This document shows, piece by piece, positions 39,260 through 49,787 of a stretch of 64,000 bases of DNA. Below the pieces are notes generated by a model. That model was given only the letters and a program-made list of their open reading frames with translations, searched no databases and was not told the DNA's origin. The stretch comes from Pseudogymnoascus verrucosus (taxonomy: Eukaryota). How positions within the stretch are numbered: the stretch's first letter is position 1; each line of letters begins with the position of its first letter. A program made the translations under genes and the position numbers. Location: NCBI GenBank assembly GCA_001662655.1, contig KV460247.1. The stretch is one strand, 5' to 3'.

Positions 39260-40661
39260 CTATGTCCACCTCTCTTCTCGACGGAACTCTCCGTTCTGTG
39301 GGCCCTCCGCTTCCTCCACCTTGATATCCACTGTTACCGTGGCCGTGATACCGCCACCGTTCCTCTCCCTCGTCCCTGTCCTCTGCGTGGTGACGTTGCT
39401 GTCTGTACCCAGAATCTCCTTCTGGCTGCTCGTGTCGCTGGTGTTGTCGCGGTCGCGCCAGCGTTCGGCGCTCGCGCGGTCTCGAGCGGACTTGAGGACT
39501 TGCATCGCGTTGGCGCTGCCATTGGTGCGTTCGCGGCTGGCGCCGTGGGTGTAGTAGGATGTCTTTTCTTTGAAGTAGGTGAAGAGTGGTGCGAGGGTGG
39601 GGATGCATGTGAGTGAGATCTGGGAGAGGGTTAGCTTGTGTTATATTATGCAGAAATGGAAGGAAGTACGCACGCCAACGTTCATCTCGATTGTTCCCCA
39701 GAGGACGAGCATTGTAGAATTGCCCGTCTTGGCTATGGTGATAATCTGGACCATGCGCATGATGGAGCAGATGGTCGTGAAGAGGCCGAGCAGGAAGACG
39801 GTCATCAGGGCAATCTTGCGTCGTATATTGATCTGGAGCGAGTAGAGGAGGGGAATGGGAAGCACGAAGATTATGCAGTCGAAGATGATGGTGATGGCGG
39901 CTAGAGCGTAGAAGGTGGTGTCGTTGGGGAGGCAAGAGCCGGGAGTTTTGGGAAGCCATGATTTTTTAACCTGGGGGACAAGTTAGAGACGATAACTATG
40001 AGTAGAGGTGATAATTTGAGTATGTACCGGCTTGCATTGGAAGATGAGAACGAGCGTGCCTCCGAGATGGCCAAGAACGCAGGTGATGAGGACGATCCAG
40101 ACGAATTTCCGATATGCCTTGTTCGACTTGTTCAGAATGCGAAGGTATGAAAGGCAGAGGGCGACTTTGAAGCCGGTGATGCCAGCCATGTAAAACGGTC
40201 TCCCGGCGAAGTTGATCTAATCATGCCTTGTCAGCTAGAGAACTGTATCATGATAATTGTCCAGACTCACAACTGAGTACTGATTGAGGTTTTCTGTCGG
40301 CCTAATCGCAATATCGAGCCCGAGGCCCCATCTCGACTCTACTCCTCGTTAGCAAATACACAATGCGAAGCCATCCGGAGAACTCACGGCCAATACAGAG
40401 ACCACTGTAAATAACACTGCAAACCTATCACATCCAAATAAGCATTGCGCCCAAAATCAGCCACCGCTCAGGGCGCCTCACCGCTGAGAACAGGATAACC
40501 CAATCGTCCTTCCCCACGGCCTTCACCATCGCAACGCGCACATATCCACGCAGCGCAACCGTAAAAACCATCAACCCCGTGAGTCCCAGCACCACGCCCA
40601 GGATGGACGGATACTGCGACTTGGCCAGCACTTCCGGACTGGCATTGTGCACCCACTGCAT
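39260..40661 (-). CDS. PTH11-like integral membrane protein (fungal rhodopsin-domain family, no CFEM), multi-exon
   Basis: ALRGYVR...GKDDW, FKVALCLSYLRI, IFQCKPV, LPIPLLYSLQINIRRK, WGTIEMNVG|ISLTCIPTLAPLF. Confidence 0.88.
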
Positions 40662-41830
40662 CGTTGCTGGGGAGAATCTCGACGAAGCCAGAAGAGGATG
40701 GGATGAAGAATGATAAAAAAAACAGTTCCACGCCCTGTGAGATCTTGACGGCGACAGTGCCGTGATAAGGCAGGCCGCTGGCCGCCTCCTAATCCCACAT
40801 TTCGCCGTGTAGTGACCTGTCACCATGTTGGTTTGGGGGGGAGCAGATCCCCCCACCAATATGTGCCCACGCACTGGGAACACCCATGAACAAACCAGTA
40901 CTTCGGCATCAACCTCGAACAATACGTGTTGATCTGCGTTCACACATCCTCCTCAGGTACTAGCAGCCCTGTGAGCATGTCTCAGTCGTCGGTTCGGAAA
41001 GCGTCTTGCCGGGCGAGTATTGGGGCGGGGAAATGCCTTATTGGCGGCCAATGGTGAAATCACCACCGAGTGTGCCTGTCGCGAATTGAAGCCATAATGC
41101 AGCTCGCGAGCAGATAATTTGGTGGCGGTCGAACCCACCATCACTCTGCATATCTGGCGATGGTTGGCTCCTGCAAGTTCGGAGCTCCGATTTTTTCTCG
41201 GGCTTCGTTTGCTAGACGGGGGGATTGTCACCTTGGAAGTGCCGGCGCTTCCTGGAAGTGATCGTCGCGAGATCGTTGCGGATGCAAAACTTTCGCTCCG
41301 CCGTTCCTTTTGTTCCCTGATCGCCCCACCCCCCCTCCGGAATCACAGGGATGACCGCTTCTATTGTGAGGATCATGGGGATCAGAGGAGCGAGGGGGAG
41401 CTGGTAGTAACGTATCAGCGCCGGTAATGACTAAAACAGGTATGGCGAAGTGTACATTGCCGAGCGAGTCGAACTCTGGATGTCTCAACAGATATTTCGT
41501 CCACGCACTCCTCTCGTGCATGGCCAGGGGTTACGCGACGCAGATCCAAGGGGTGGATCCGCTGTCGATATTCTTCATTGGGAAGGTAGACCATGCAAAT
41601 ATCACTCTGGTTTAGAGTATTCTCCGGAATGTACTTACTTCATGGCACCCTGTCGTACCTATCTCGCACGTGTGTAACACCCCCCCAACCCCAGGGTCGT
41701 GACTTCTTTCCAATGTCGCGCTGCAATTTATTCACGTCGTTGTAAAATAACAAATCTCTTTTTCTCCTGCGTCGCTGTTTTGCAATTGCGTTGTTGTGCT
41801 GTTCACTCGTTTTTGCAATAACATCGCGCG

Positions 41831-43541
41831 ATGGAGGCGTCTACCATGGATGAGAAAAAGATGTCGGTCCCAGGCGACGAGACCACCAGTATCGATGGAC
41901 GGTCGGCCCATTCGCCTGTGGAGGGAAGCATTGAGAGCAGAGATCTCGATAAGGCGTATCTCTACCTCAATCACCAGAGCGAGGCCGCTGAGACAGTTGA
42001 TCTCAAAGCTTTGCGACGAAAGATCGACTGGTGGATCGTCCCTATCATGTTTGCGTGCTACACGCTGCAGTTTATTGACAAAGTCGTCATCAACGTGAGT
42101 GCTTAGCAGGCAAAGCCGTCAAGGATGTAATACTGATTATTTACGAATAGTATGCCGCTGTCATGGGAATCACCAAGGACCTGGGACTAGTCGGCAACAA
42201 CTTCTCAAACGTCGCATCCGCTTTCTTCATTGCATACCTCATCGCCGAAGTCCCCAATGGTTGGTTCTCCTCTACATGTTTCTGTCGCACGTACTGACAC
42301 TTCCAGGCTACTTCCTCCAAAAGGTCCCCGTCGCCAAATGGCTCGCCGCCAACGTCTTCCTCTGGGGCGTTGCCACTGCCTGCACCGCCGCTGCCTTCAA
42401 CTATCACTCTCTGCTCGTTGCGCGCATCTTCCTCGGCATCTTTGAAGCCTCAATAGCACCCTGCCTCATGCTCATCAGCAGCCAGTGGTACACCAAGTCC
42501 GAGCAAGCCCCCAGGTTCAGTCTCTGGTACTGCGGCCTCGGCGTTGGCCAGATCATCGGCGGCATTGTCTCCTTCGGCTTCCAGCACGTGGAGCACTCCA
42601 GCCTCAAGGGATGGCAGTTGATGTTCATCGTCCTCGGTGTCATCACGAGCTTGGTTGGTGTCGCAACATACTTCATCCTCCCCGATACGCCCATGAAGGC
42701 CAAGTTCCTCACCGAGGCCGAGAAGGTGGCCCTCCTGAAGCACGTCTCCGTCAACCAAACCGGTATCGAAAACCACCACTTCAAACTGACCCACATCCTC
42801 GAAGTCCTCATGGACGTCCAGATCTGGCTCATGGTCATCCTGACAGTCCTGGTAAGGCCCCCCCCACCCCACCGCGATCCACACCCCCGCTAACCCACAC
42901 CCCAGATCTCCGTCTCCAGCGGCGTCATCACCTCCTACTCTTCAACCCTCATCTCGAACTTCGGCTTCTCCAAGCCCCACTCCGCCCTCCTCAACATGCC
43001 CGGCGGCATCGTCTCCATCGTCTCAACCCTTGTCGTCGGCTTCGGCGTCCGCCACACCTCCAACCGCTGGGCCTGGATCGTCGCCTGCTGCATCCCCGGT
43101 ATCCTCGGCGGCGGCCTGATGTCGTTCGCCCCTAAGTCGAACCGGGCTGCCCTTCTCGCGGGTATCTACCTCGTCAACGCCATCGTCGCCACGCTCGTCG
43201 TCATCTACCAATGGACCGTCGCCAACTGCGCTGGCCACACCAAGCGCGTCGTCGCGAGCGCTCTCATCGCCGGCAGCTTCTCCATCGGCAACATTATCGG
43301 CCCGCAGACGTTCCAGGCCAAAGACGGCCCGGAGTTCCGCCCGGCGAAGATTATTGTGCTGGCGACGCAGGCGGCGGGCGCGGCGGTTGCGGTGGTGCTG
43401 TTTGGGTACTATGTGTGGGCGAATAAGAGGAAGGATAGGAAGGAGGAGGCGGCAGGTTTGTCCGAGGGGAGGGATACGGAGGCAGATGCGTGGAATAATA
43501 AGACGGATAAGGAGAATAAGTCGTTTAGGTATGTGTACTAA
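41831..43541 (+). CDS. MFS transporter, Dal5/allantoate permease (anion:cation symporter) family, 4 exons
   Basis: LRRKIDWWIVPIM, LQFIDK, RIFLGIFEA, QWYTKSEQAPR, ANCAGHTKR, GNIIGPQTF, TDKENKSFRYVY*. Confidence 0.93.
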
Positions 43542-44001
43542 TTTGTGGGATGGGGAGGGGGTGTATATACTTCTGTGTTGGTTTCGGTGGAGGGAATATG
43601 GGGGGGACAGAGGAGTGTATTTACCTGCCATCTTACTTAGCTATATACTGCCTTTTAATAGACTCGAAAGTTTTCTCTGAAGCTGGTACTCCTTTTTGTA
43701 GTAGTATATCTTTGAACAACAGTGACTTAACAGAATCCCACCCGAATCACTCATGTGCATCAAACCACCATTATGTTCTCATCCTGGACGCCCCTGCATG
43801 AGAGGCGTATTAATGTGCAACCCTTATTGAAGTCCAAGATTGAACCCCTGCCATGTAGTAAAAAAGCATAGATGCGAGGACACGAAGGACGACAAAAAGA
43901 AATGACTGAGCAAAGGGGGATGTAGACACGAAACAAAAGGTGAAATTTAAGGGGGAAAAAAGGGAATTGTTTGCGGGAAAGATACTGTTTAGCTATGATG
44001 T

Positions 44002-44182
44002 AGGAAGGAAGGAGCGTTGTTCGTTCCTTCCTTTGTTATAGTTACTAAGACTAAATGGAGAAAGGAAGGAGCTTGGTTCGTTCCTTCCTTTATTATAGTT
44101 ATTAAGATTGAATGGAGGAAGGAAGGTGCATTGTTCGTTCATTCCTATGTTATAGTTCTTAAGATCGAAGAGAGGAAGGAGC
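44002..44182. repeat. 57-bp tandem repeat (3 copies plus partial), each unit with an internal inverted repeat
   Basis: AAGGAAGGAGC-N7-GTTCCTTCCTT-TRTTATAGTTAYTAAGAYT at 44005, 44062, 44119 (more diverged) and partial at ~44172. Confidence 0.92.
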
Positions 44183-44237
44183 GGCCGGTGCATTGGCGTA
44201 TTAGATCGTATTTGCCGCTCACTGACATGAAGGGATA

Positions 44238-44311
44238 ACTTATGGAGTCTCACGGTAATTAAGGTTAAATATAGGCTAACTTTAGCTTTATTACCGTGCG
44301 ACTCCATAAGT
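44238..44311. repeat. ~31-bp imperfect inverted repeat (long hairpin)
   Basis: ACTTATGGAGTCTCACGGTAATTAAGGTTAAA-N11-TTTAGCTTTATTACCGTGCGACTCCATAAGT. Confidence 0.9.
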
Positions 44312-44596
44312 CTGCATACAGTGTGGCCGTTTGCAATGCGAGAAGCGAACTGCATCTGTATTGTTCTAGCTACCATGAGTTGGATATTCAACCCAGTTAC
44401 TATGCACTGCAATGTATGTATTTGATTCATTGACGCTATACAAACTAAATATGTAATTTAGGGAAAAAACCAAGATCCTTTCATGAAAGTGCCACATAAA
44501 ACAGCGGATTACTTCTTCCCCACTCTTACTTGAGGCGCGGGGATTGGTGTGATGGCGCTCTATGCGCCCCTGTAAAGTTTTGTCGTTCGTTCTCAC

Positions 44597-44655
44597 TTGT
44601 CCACTTTTGCTATCAAAACTGGCTACAGAAGAGTTTGCATTGTAAAAGTGGACAA
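44597..44655. repeat. ~24-bp imperfect inverted repeat (hairpin)
   Basis: TTGTCCACTTTTGCTATCAAAACT-N11-AGTTTGCATTGTAAAAGTGGACAA; outer 12 bp perfect. Confidence 0.88.
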
Positions 44656-44699
44656 CTACCTGTACGGTCTCGCTAGTACACACACCATCCCATGAGAGG

Positions 44700-44764
44700 G
44701 AGTTGTGCAGTTTCGCGTCTGAAATTCGGTTGAATCACGATTAAAACGATGAAGTGCACAACTC
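44700..44764. repeat. Inverted repeat (hairpin) with perfect 10-bp outer stem
   Basis: GAGTTGTGCA...TGCACAACTC, extendable inward with G-U pairs. Confidence 0.8.
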
Positions 44765-45068
44765 AATGCCACAGCAATTACCAGATCCTCATATTAAAAT
44801 GTATGTCAACGTCACAACTTATCAGTAGCCCAAGTACTTTTTAATGTCTGTTGCCACGAAGAGTTTGGTATACTCGTATCAGGAATGGTATACACTAAAT
44901 AGCATTGATGTTATATAAGTGTACTAAGTTACATGGCCCTTCTCTAAATTTCTCCGCCTCCCAATTTATCATTCACGCTATATATATATGTTCGTTAAAG
45001 TCTGCTAAATCCTCGTTTAGAATCTACTTCAAACCCGGCATAAATTCCAGCTCATAACATCCAGCTCC

Positions 45069-48000
45069 TCAAATCGGCTCATCACGAGGCTCAATCATCA
45101 CTTCATTCACCGCAACATGCTCCGGCTGTCTCAGAGTATATACAATCATATTCGCAACATCCTCAGGATCGAGGACCTTTGCTCCTGAGGGCTCTCCGTA
45201 TTTCTTGAGAGCCTCAGCATCTGTCGACATTGACAGGAGCTCTGTGGCCACATTTCCAGGCTGGATGCTTGTGACACGCAAACCAGTGCCGGCTGTCTCA
45301 ACACGCAAGCCTTGAAGCGTTGCTTCGACGAAGAATTTACTTGCCGAGTACACACCAAGGCCAGGGAAAACCTTCCTTCCTGCATCCGATGATATAGCAA
45401 CGATGTGGCCCTTGCCTCGGGACAGCATAGAGGGGACGGTTGAGGACAGACAGTTAAGTAGGCCCTTGCAGTTCACATCGACAGTGCGTTCCCAATCCTC
45501 GGTTTGCACATTTGCCATCATTGTGAAGTACATGACACCGGCGCAGGAAACAAAGATATCGACCGGGCCAAGAGTCTCTTCAGTGGCGCGCACGAGTGAC
45601 TCGACCTGCTCCTTCTTCGTGACATCGGTTTGGTGGACAAGAACTTTGCCGCCGTAGGTTGTGATCATCTTCTTAAGAGATTCGAGAGCCTCAGTGCGGC
45701 GCGCGGCAAGTGCGACATGAGCACCTTCCTTAGCTAGAGCAGCAGCAGTCGCAGCGCCGATTCCAGACGACGCGCCGGTGACGACAGCTACGAGTCCGCT
45801 TAATGGCCCCTTCTTTGGCAGGTTCCCAGCACCATTCAACTGTTGCAGACGTAGAGGTTGACGTGGCAGCCAACCTCTGGCGTACCAATTGCGAGCATAG
45901 GTCTCGAGCAACTTTACGTCGATTTTGGGGCGCTGTAGAGCGCCAAGGACGGTCTTCGACTCATCATCGCCGAGCATCGTGATATCTTTCAGGAACTCCA
46001 CGGTTGGCATACCACCACGAAGAATGTCAGCAGTGAAAGCGCCAGCCCCTCTCTTTGCAGAGCCTCGCTTCTGTGTCCAAAGCGAAACCCACTTCTCCCA
46101 TTCAAGTGGCTCTGCGGGATATCCGAGCTCTGCAAGGTTATCAAACAGCGACTTGGTCTCCACGGGGTTGGAATCCCCGAGATGGAACACACGTTGCTTT
46201 GTCTGAATATCATTGGAGATAGTAGTGATGGCCTTGCTGACATGGTCGACTGGGGTCATCTCAGCGCGCCAGCCGGCGATATCTGGGTAATACCCGAGGT
46301 GCAGGGATTCCACAAGCAATGCAGTGAAGAGATCATAGGTATTGGTCGACCCCGAGGTACTATGGCCGCTGATGGTTCCACATCGTAATATCCTCACCGG
46401 CATTCCTCGGCGACCTGCCTCATGAACGAGCTCCTCGGCAACATATTTCGTCTGCCCATAACCATCGACGAGGCTCTCTGGAACAGCTTCTACTCCAATC
46501 ATAGAGCTCTCGGGCCATGCCTTCTCGGATGGTGGCAAGACGCCGTTTGTGGATATGTACTGTAGCGTCGCTCCGCTTTGCCCCGCCAGGCGCAAAATCT
46601 TTCTTGTGCCGCCCACATTGGCATCCCGTAAGGCAGCGTAAGGATACACCAAGTTGACGGTGGCTGCAGCGTGGATAATGACTTGGACATTGTCCACAAG
46701 CTCCTTATAGGCGCCAATGCCAAGGCCAAGTCGTTTATGCGAAAGGTTGCCTGGGAGAACCTCGATGCGATCGAGGATCGAGTCCTTCCATAGTCCCAGA
46801 TCAAGCAAGTTCTTGCGAATCCTTGCGACACCGGCTGGGGCATCTTCTCCTTTGGGGTCAGTGAAGCGCACCAGGCACAAAATGCGGGCCGATGTTGATT
46901 CTAGGAGATCGCAGAGTATGAAGGCACCCAGGAAACCGGTGGCACCAGTCAACAACACCGTATGGGCATCTTCAAGAGAACACACGGGATTGCCAGCGGG
47001 CTGGATACTCTCAGGAAGTGTGCAATCCGCGCGCAACACAGCAGGCAAATCTGCCTGTACTGCTGCGGTGTGTCCATCTCGAACAGCAAGTACAACATCC
47101 AAGTGGCCCTGGAGCGTGGGGTTCACAACAAGGCGTGCTACTGGGACGAGGAAGCCAAATTCCCTTGACAGCCTGGTGGCAAGATCAGCAAGTGTCAAGG
47201 AATGACCACCCAGATCGAAAAAGGTGTGTTCCTTTGTCACGGAGTTGAATGGTACGTTGAGAGATGCAGCCCAAATCTCTGCAATGGCCTCGGTGTTGAT
47301 TCTGGGGTCACGCTCAGTCTTGGTGTGGTTGAAAATGGTTGAAATGGAAACAACTGGGGGCGGCAGTTTCTTAATGTCAGCCTTTCCAGATACTCTGTTG
47401 GTGGGTAGCTCGTCAAGCTCGACCCATAGGGCAGGAATCATGTACTGGGCCAACGACGTCGAAAGGGTTCGTCGAGCCACCAGACTGTATCCAGCCTCGT
47501 CGACTATGGGGATGGCTCGGTGTCCTGGATCCTCCTTGTCATGTACAATATATGCAACCAGCTGACGATCGAGGCCGTCGCCATGAGCGATAACTGCGCA
47601 TTGCTTGACGGCTAGTTTCTCAATAATGGCATTCTCAACCTTGCCAGGCACGACGGAATAGCCTCGGACCTTGATCATAGCTCCTACGCGGCCAGTGATC
47701 TCAAGAACGCCAGACGGGAGCATCTTTGCTAGATCCCCAGTTCTGTACATGCGGGAACCTGGCGTTGCGTCAAACGGATTCGGCACGAACGCCTCGGCGG
47801 TAGTTTCTGGAAGGTTGAGATAGCCCCGGGCGAGAAGCGATCCACCGACGAACAACTCTCCAGCGACACCAGTCTCGACCTTATTACCGCTCGCATCAAG
47901 GATATAGGTATGTTCCGGTTCCATGGGTTGACCAACAGGGCAGTAAGGAGCCTCCTCGTCAATAATTTCCCGGATATCTCCACAGGCAATCTCGTGGGTC

Positions 48001-49121
48001 TCACTGGCGCTGTAACAGTTGAGCAGGCGCGTTTTTGGGAGAGCTTTCATGGCACGGCGGGCAAGATCGGTAGTGACGACCTCGCCATTGAACCATAACG
48101 TGCGAAGATCTGGGAGATCAGACTCAATATCTGGGTGTCTAGAGAGGACTGCAGCCAAAAGAGTCGGTGTCATGAGGGTTTCTGTGATGCGCTGGCGGGA
48201 AAGCAGATCCACAAGCGCAACGGGGTCGTAACTAGCCTCGTCCGGGACGCAAAAGACAGTTGCTCCTCTCAAAAGGGGCCGCAGAATTTCCCAGACAAAG
48301 AAGACATTGCAAGCCACGCGGTCTCCCGTTGAGAGATCACTGAGGCGGAATCTCAAGTCATACGATAGCACCGGCGCCATGTGGGGGTTTGCAATCCCCT
48401 TGGGTCGGCCAGTGGTTCCAGACGAGTAGGACACAAATGCAAGGCGTTCGAGGTCATCATCAGCTGGTAAAGGAGAGAGCCCCTCCATGGGTTCTGTGGA
48501 TTTGTACGGGTCCGTCCCAAGTTCATCCAAAAGAATGAGGGGAATATCTGCGTTGAACTGGTTGGCTTGAGTTGAATTTGTGATTACGACGGTTGGTTTG
48601 GCATCATCAATAACATCCGCCAAGAGATTAGGTGGGTAGGCCAGTTCAAGAACCAGGAAGGCCCCTCCAGCACGGAGAGCCGCAAGACAAGCAATCACAT
48701 AATTTGCGCTGCGCCCCAAAAGCACGCCGACGAGATTGTCGCGACCAACTCCGTGGTCACGGAGGCGGTTGGCGAGGGCGGTTACTCTTTGGTCCAACTC
48801 GCTGTAAGTCAATTTGGTGGTCTCATCCTCTAGTGCAATGGCATCGGGCGTAGCCAGCATCTGCTGGGCAACCAGTGCCGACAAGTCCCTTTTGATGTCA
48901 ATGACCTGCATCTGTCTGGATTTCGTTGATTTGTGAGGCGCCGCAGCACTACCGTTGAGAAGCAAGGATCCAGCTTCTGTTATATGACTTTCCGAAGAAC
49001 TATGGTTTGTTTTTCTGGGTTGGTCATTGGTTGCACCACATTGGGATTTAGCACCTGAAGCTCCCCCAACCACATCGGAGTTGGAGGTCACTTGCGGTAC
49101 GATGCCGTTTTCGGAAGGCAT
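45069..49121 (-). CDS. ATRR: NRPS-like A-T-R-R enzyme, glycine betaine reductase type, single exon
   Basis: A domain (YSSGTTGRPKG, NCYSASE, YRTGD), T domain FFDLGGHSL, thioester reductase (LTGATGFLG, GYGQTKYVAE), C-terminal SDR (VTGASSGIG, YSASK); first ATG at 49121. Confidence 0.92.
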   Translation of the reverse strand: MPSENGIVPQVTSNSDVVGGASGAKSQCGATNDQPRKTNHSSSESHITEAGSLLLNGSAAAPHKSTKSRQMQVIDIKRDLSALVAQQMLATPDAIALEDETTKLTYSELDQRVTALANRLRDHGVGRDNLVGVLLGRSANYVIACLAALRAGGAFLVLELAYPPNLLADVIDDAKPTVVITNSTQANQFNADIPLILLDELGTDPYKSTEPMEGLSPLPADDDLERLAFVSYSSGTTGRPKGIANPHMAPVLSYDLRFRLSDLSTGDRVACNVFFVWEILRPLLRGATVFCVPDEASYDPVALVDLLSRQRITETLMTPTLLAAVLSRHPDIESDLPDLRTLWFNGEVVTTDLARRAMKALPKTRLLNCYSASETHEIACGDIREIIDEEAPYCPVGQPMEPEHTYILDASGNKVETGVAGELFVGGSLLARGYLNLPETTAEAFVPNPFDATPGSRMYRTGDLAKMLPSGVLEITGRVGAMIKVRGYSVVPGKVENAIIEKLAVKQCAVIAHGDGLDRQLVAYIVHDKEDPGHRAIPIVDEAGYSLVARRTLSTSLAQYMIPALWVELDELPTNRVSGKADIKKLPPPVVSISTIFNHTKTERDPRINTEAIAEIWAASLNVPFNSVTKEHTFFDLGGHSLTLADLATRLSREFGFLVPVARLVVNPTLQGHLDVVLAVRDGHTAAVQADLPAVLRADCTLPESIQPAGNPVCSLEDAHTVLLTGATGFLGAFILCDLLESTSARILCLVRFTDPKGEDAPAGVARIRKNLLDLGLWKDSILDRIEVLPGNLSHKRLGLGIGAYKELVDNVQVIIHAAATVNLVYPYAALRDANVGGTRKILRLAGQSGATLQYISTNGVLPPSEKAWPESSMIGVEAVPESLVDGYGQTKYVAEELVHEAGRRGMPVRILRCGTISGHSTSGSTNTYDLFTALLVESLHLGYYPDIAGWRAEMTPVDHVSKAITTISNDIQTKQRVFHLGDSNPVETKSLFDNLAELGYPAEPLEWEKWVSLWTQKRGSAKRGAGAFTADILRGGMPTVEFLKDITMLGDDESKTVLGALQRPKIDVKLLETYARNWYARGWLPRQPLRLQQLNGAGNLPKKGPLSGLVAVVTGASSGIGAATAAALAKEGAHVALAARRTEALESLKKMITTYGGKVLVHQTDVTKKEQVESLVRATEETLGPVDIFVSCAGVMYFTMMANVQTEDWERTVDVNCKGLLNCLSSTVPSMLSRGKGHIVAISSDAGRKVFPGLGVYSASKFFVEATLQGLRVETAGTGLRVTSIQPGNVATELLSMSTDAEALKKYGEPSGAKVLDPEDVANMIVYTLRQPEHVAVNEVMIEPRDEPI

Positions 49122-49787
49122 CTGATCGCCTTGCTGAGAAATGGTAAAGTAGGAGTCGGTCAAGGCAAGTTAGGGCGCCTTATCAACACGAATACTCGCC
49201 ACGGGCCTGGATGCTTGGGAGGTGTGTCGTTGAGCGATAATTATTGACCCTCTAAGGTGGGGCCAAGTGGCACTGTGGCGATGATTTTCTTGTTTAGGTC
49301 TACAACATTTCAATAATGACGATGATGGCAAAACTGCGGTCTTACTAGCTAAACTGTGTTTTCTACGTATTTTTATATTGCTTTTAATTAAATAAATCTA
49401 CATGATTGGAGACAGAAGTCCTGCGAAAAAATTAAGGTTATTACCATCAAAGTTTTTCAAGTGCCGTATGCGGCTAGTTGTATCATGTGACCTTGAATTT
49501 TAAGGGCCCAGGTGTTCCATCGTTTCCAGGCCGTTCATTGGTCCATTAACAACCTAGGTGCCGAGGCACGTTTTGAAGATAACCTAATATCTCCTCGAAA
49601 CAAGAGGCTTGGAGAACTTCGAAAGAGAACTTGTGGATTCGAATACTATTAAAAGATTAATAATCATTGCTGTATTGCTAATCGACGGCCTTAATATTGA
49701 TATTAAGAGAGAAAAGCCGCCGTATATAAGTATAAGCCCAGCCCGCGTTGCATAGAAACTCCATTTCATCATCATTATTACAGCAAA

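Noticed and set aside
44002..44182. CRISPR-like array (palindromic repeats with spacers)
   Set aside because: The linkers are similar to one another, so it is a tandem repeat; eukaryotic context and no cas genes.
45069..49121. Secondary-metabolite NRPS core or Lys2
   Set aside because: No condensation domain, and the extra C-terminal SDR fits ATRR better than Lys2 or a peptide synthetase.
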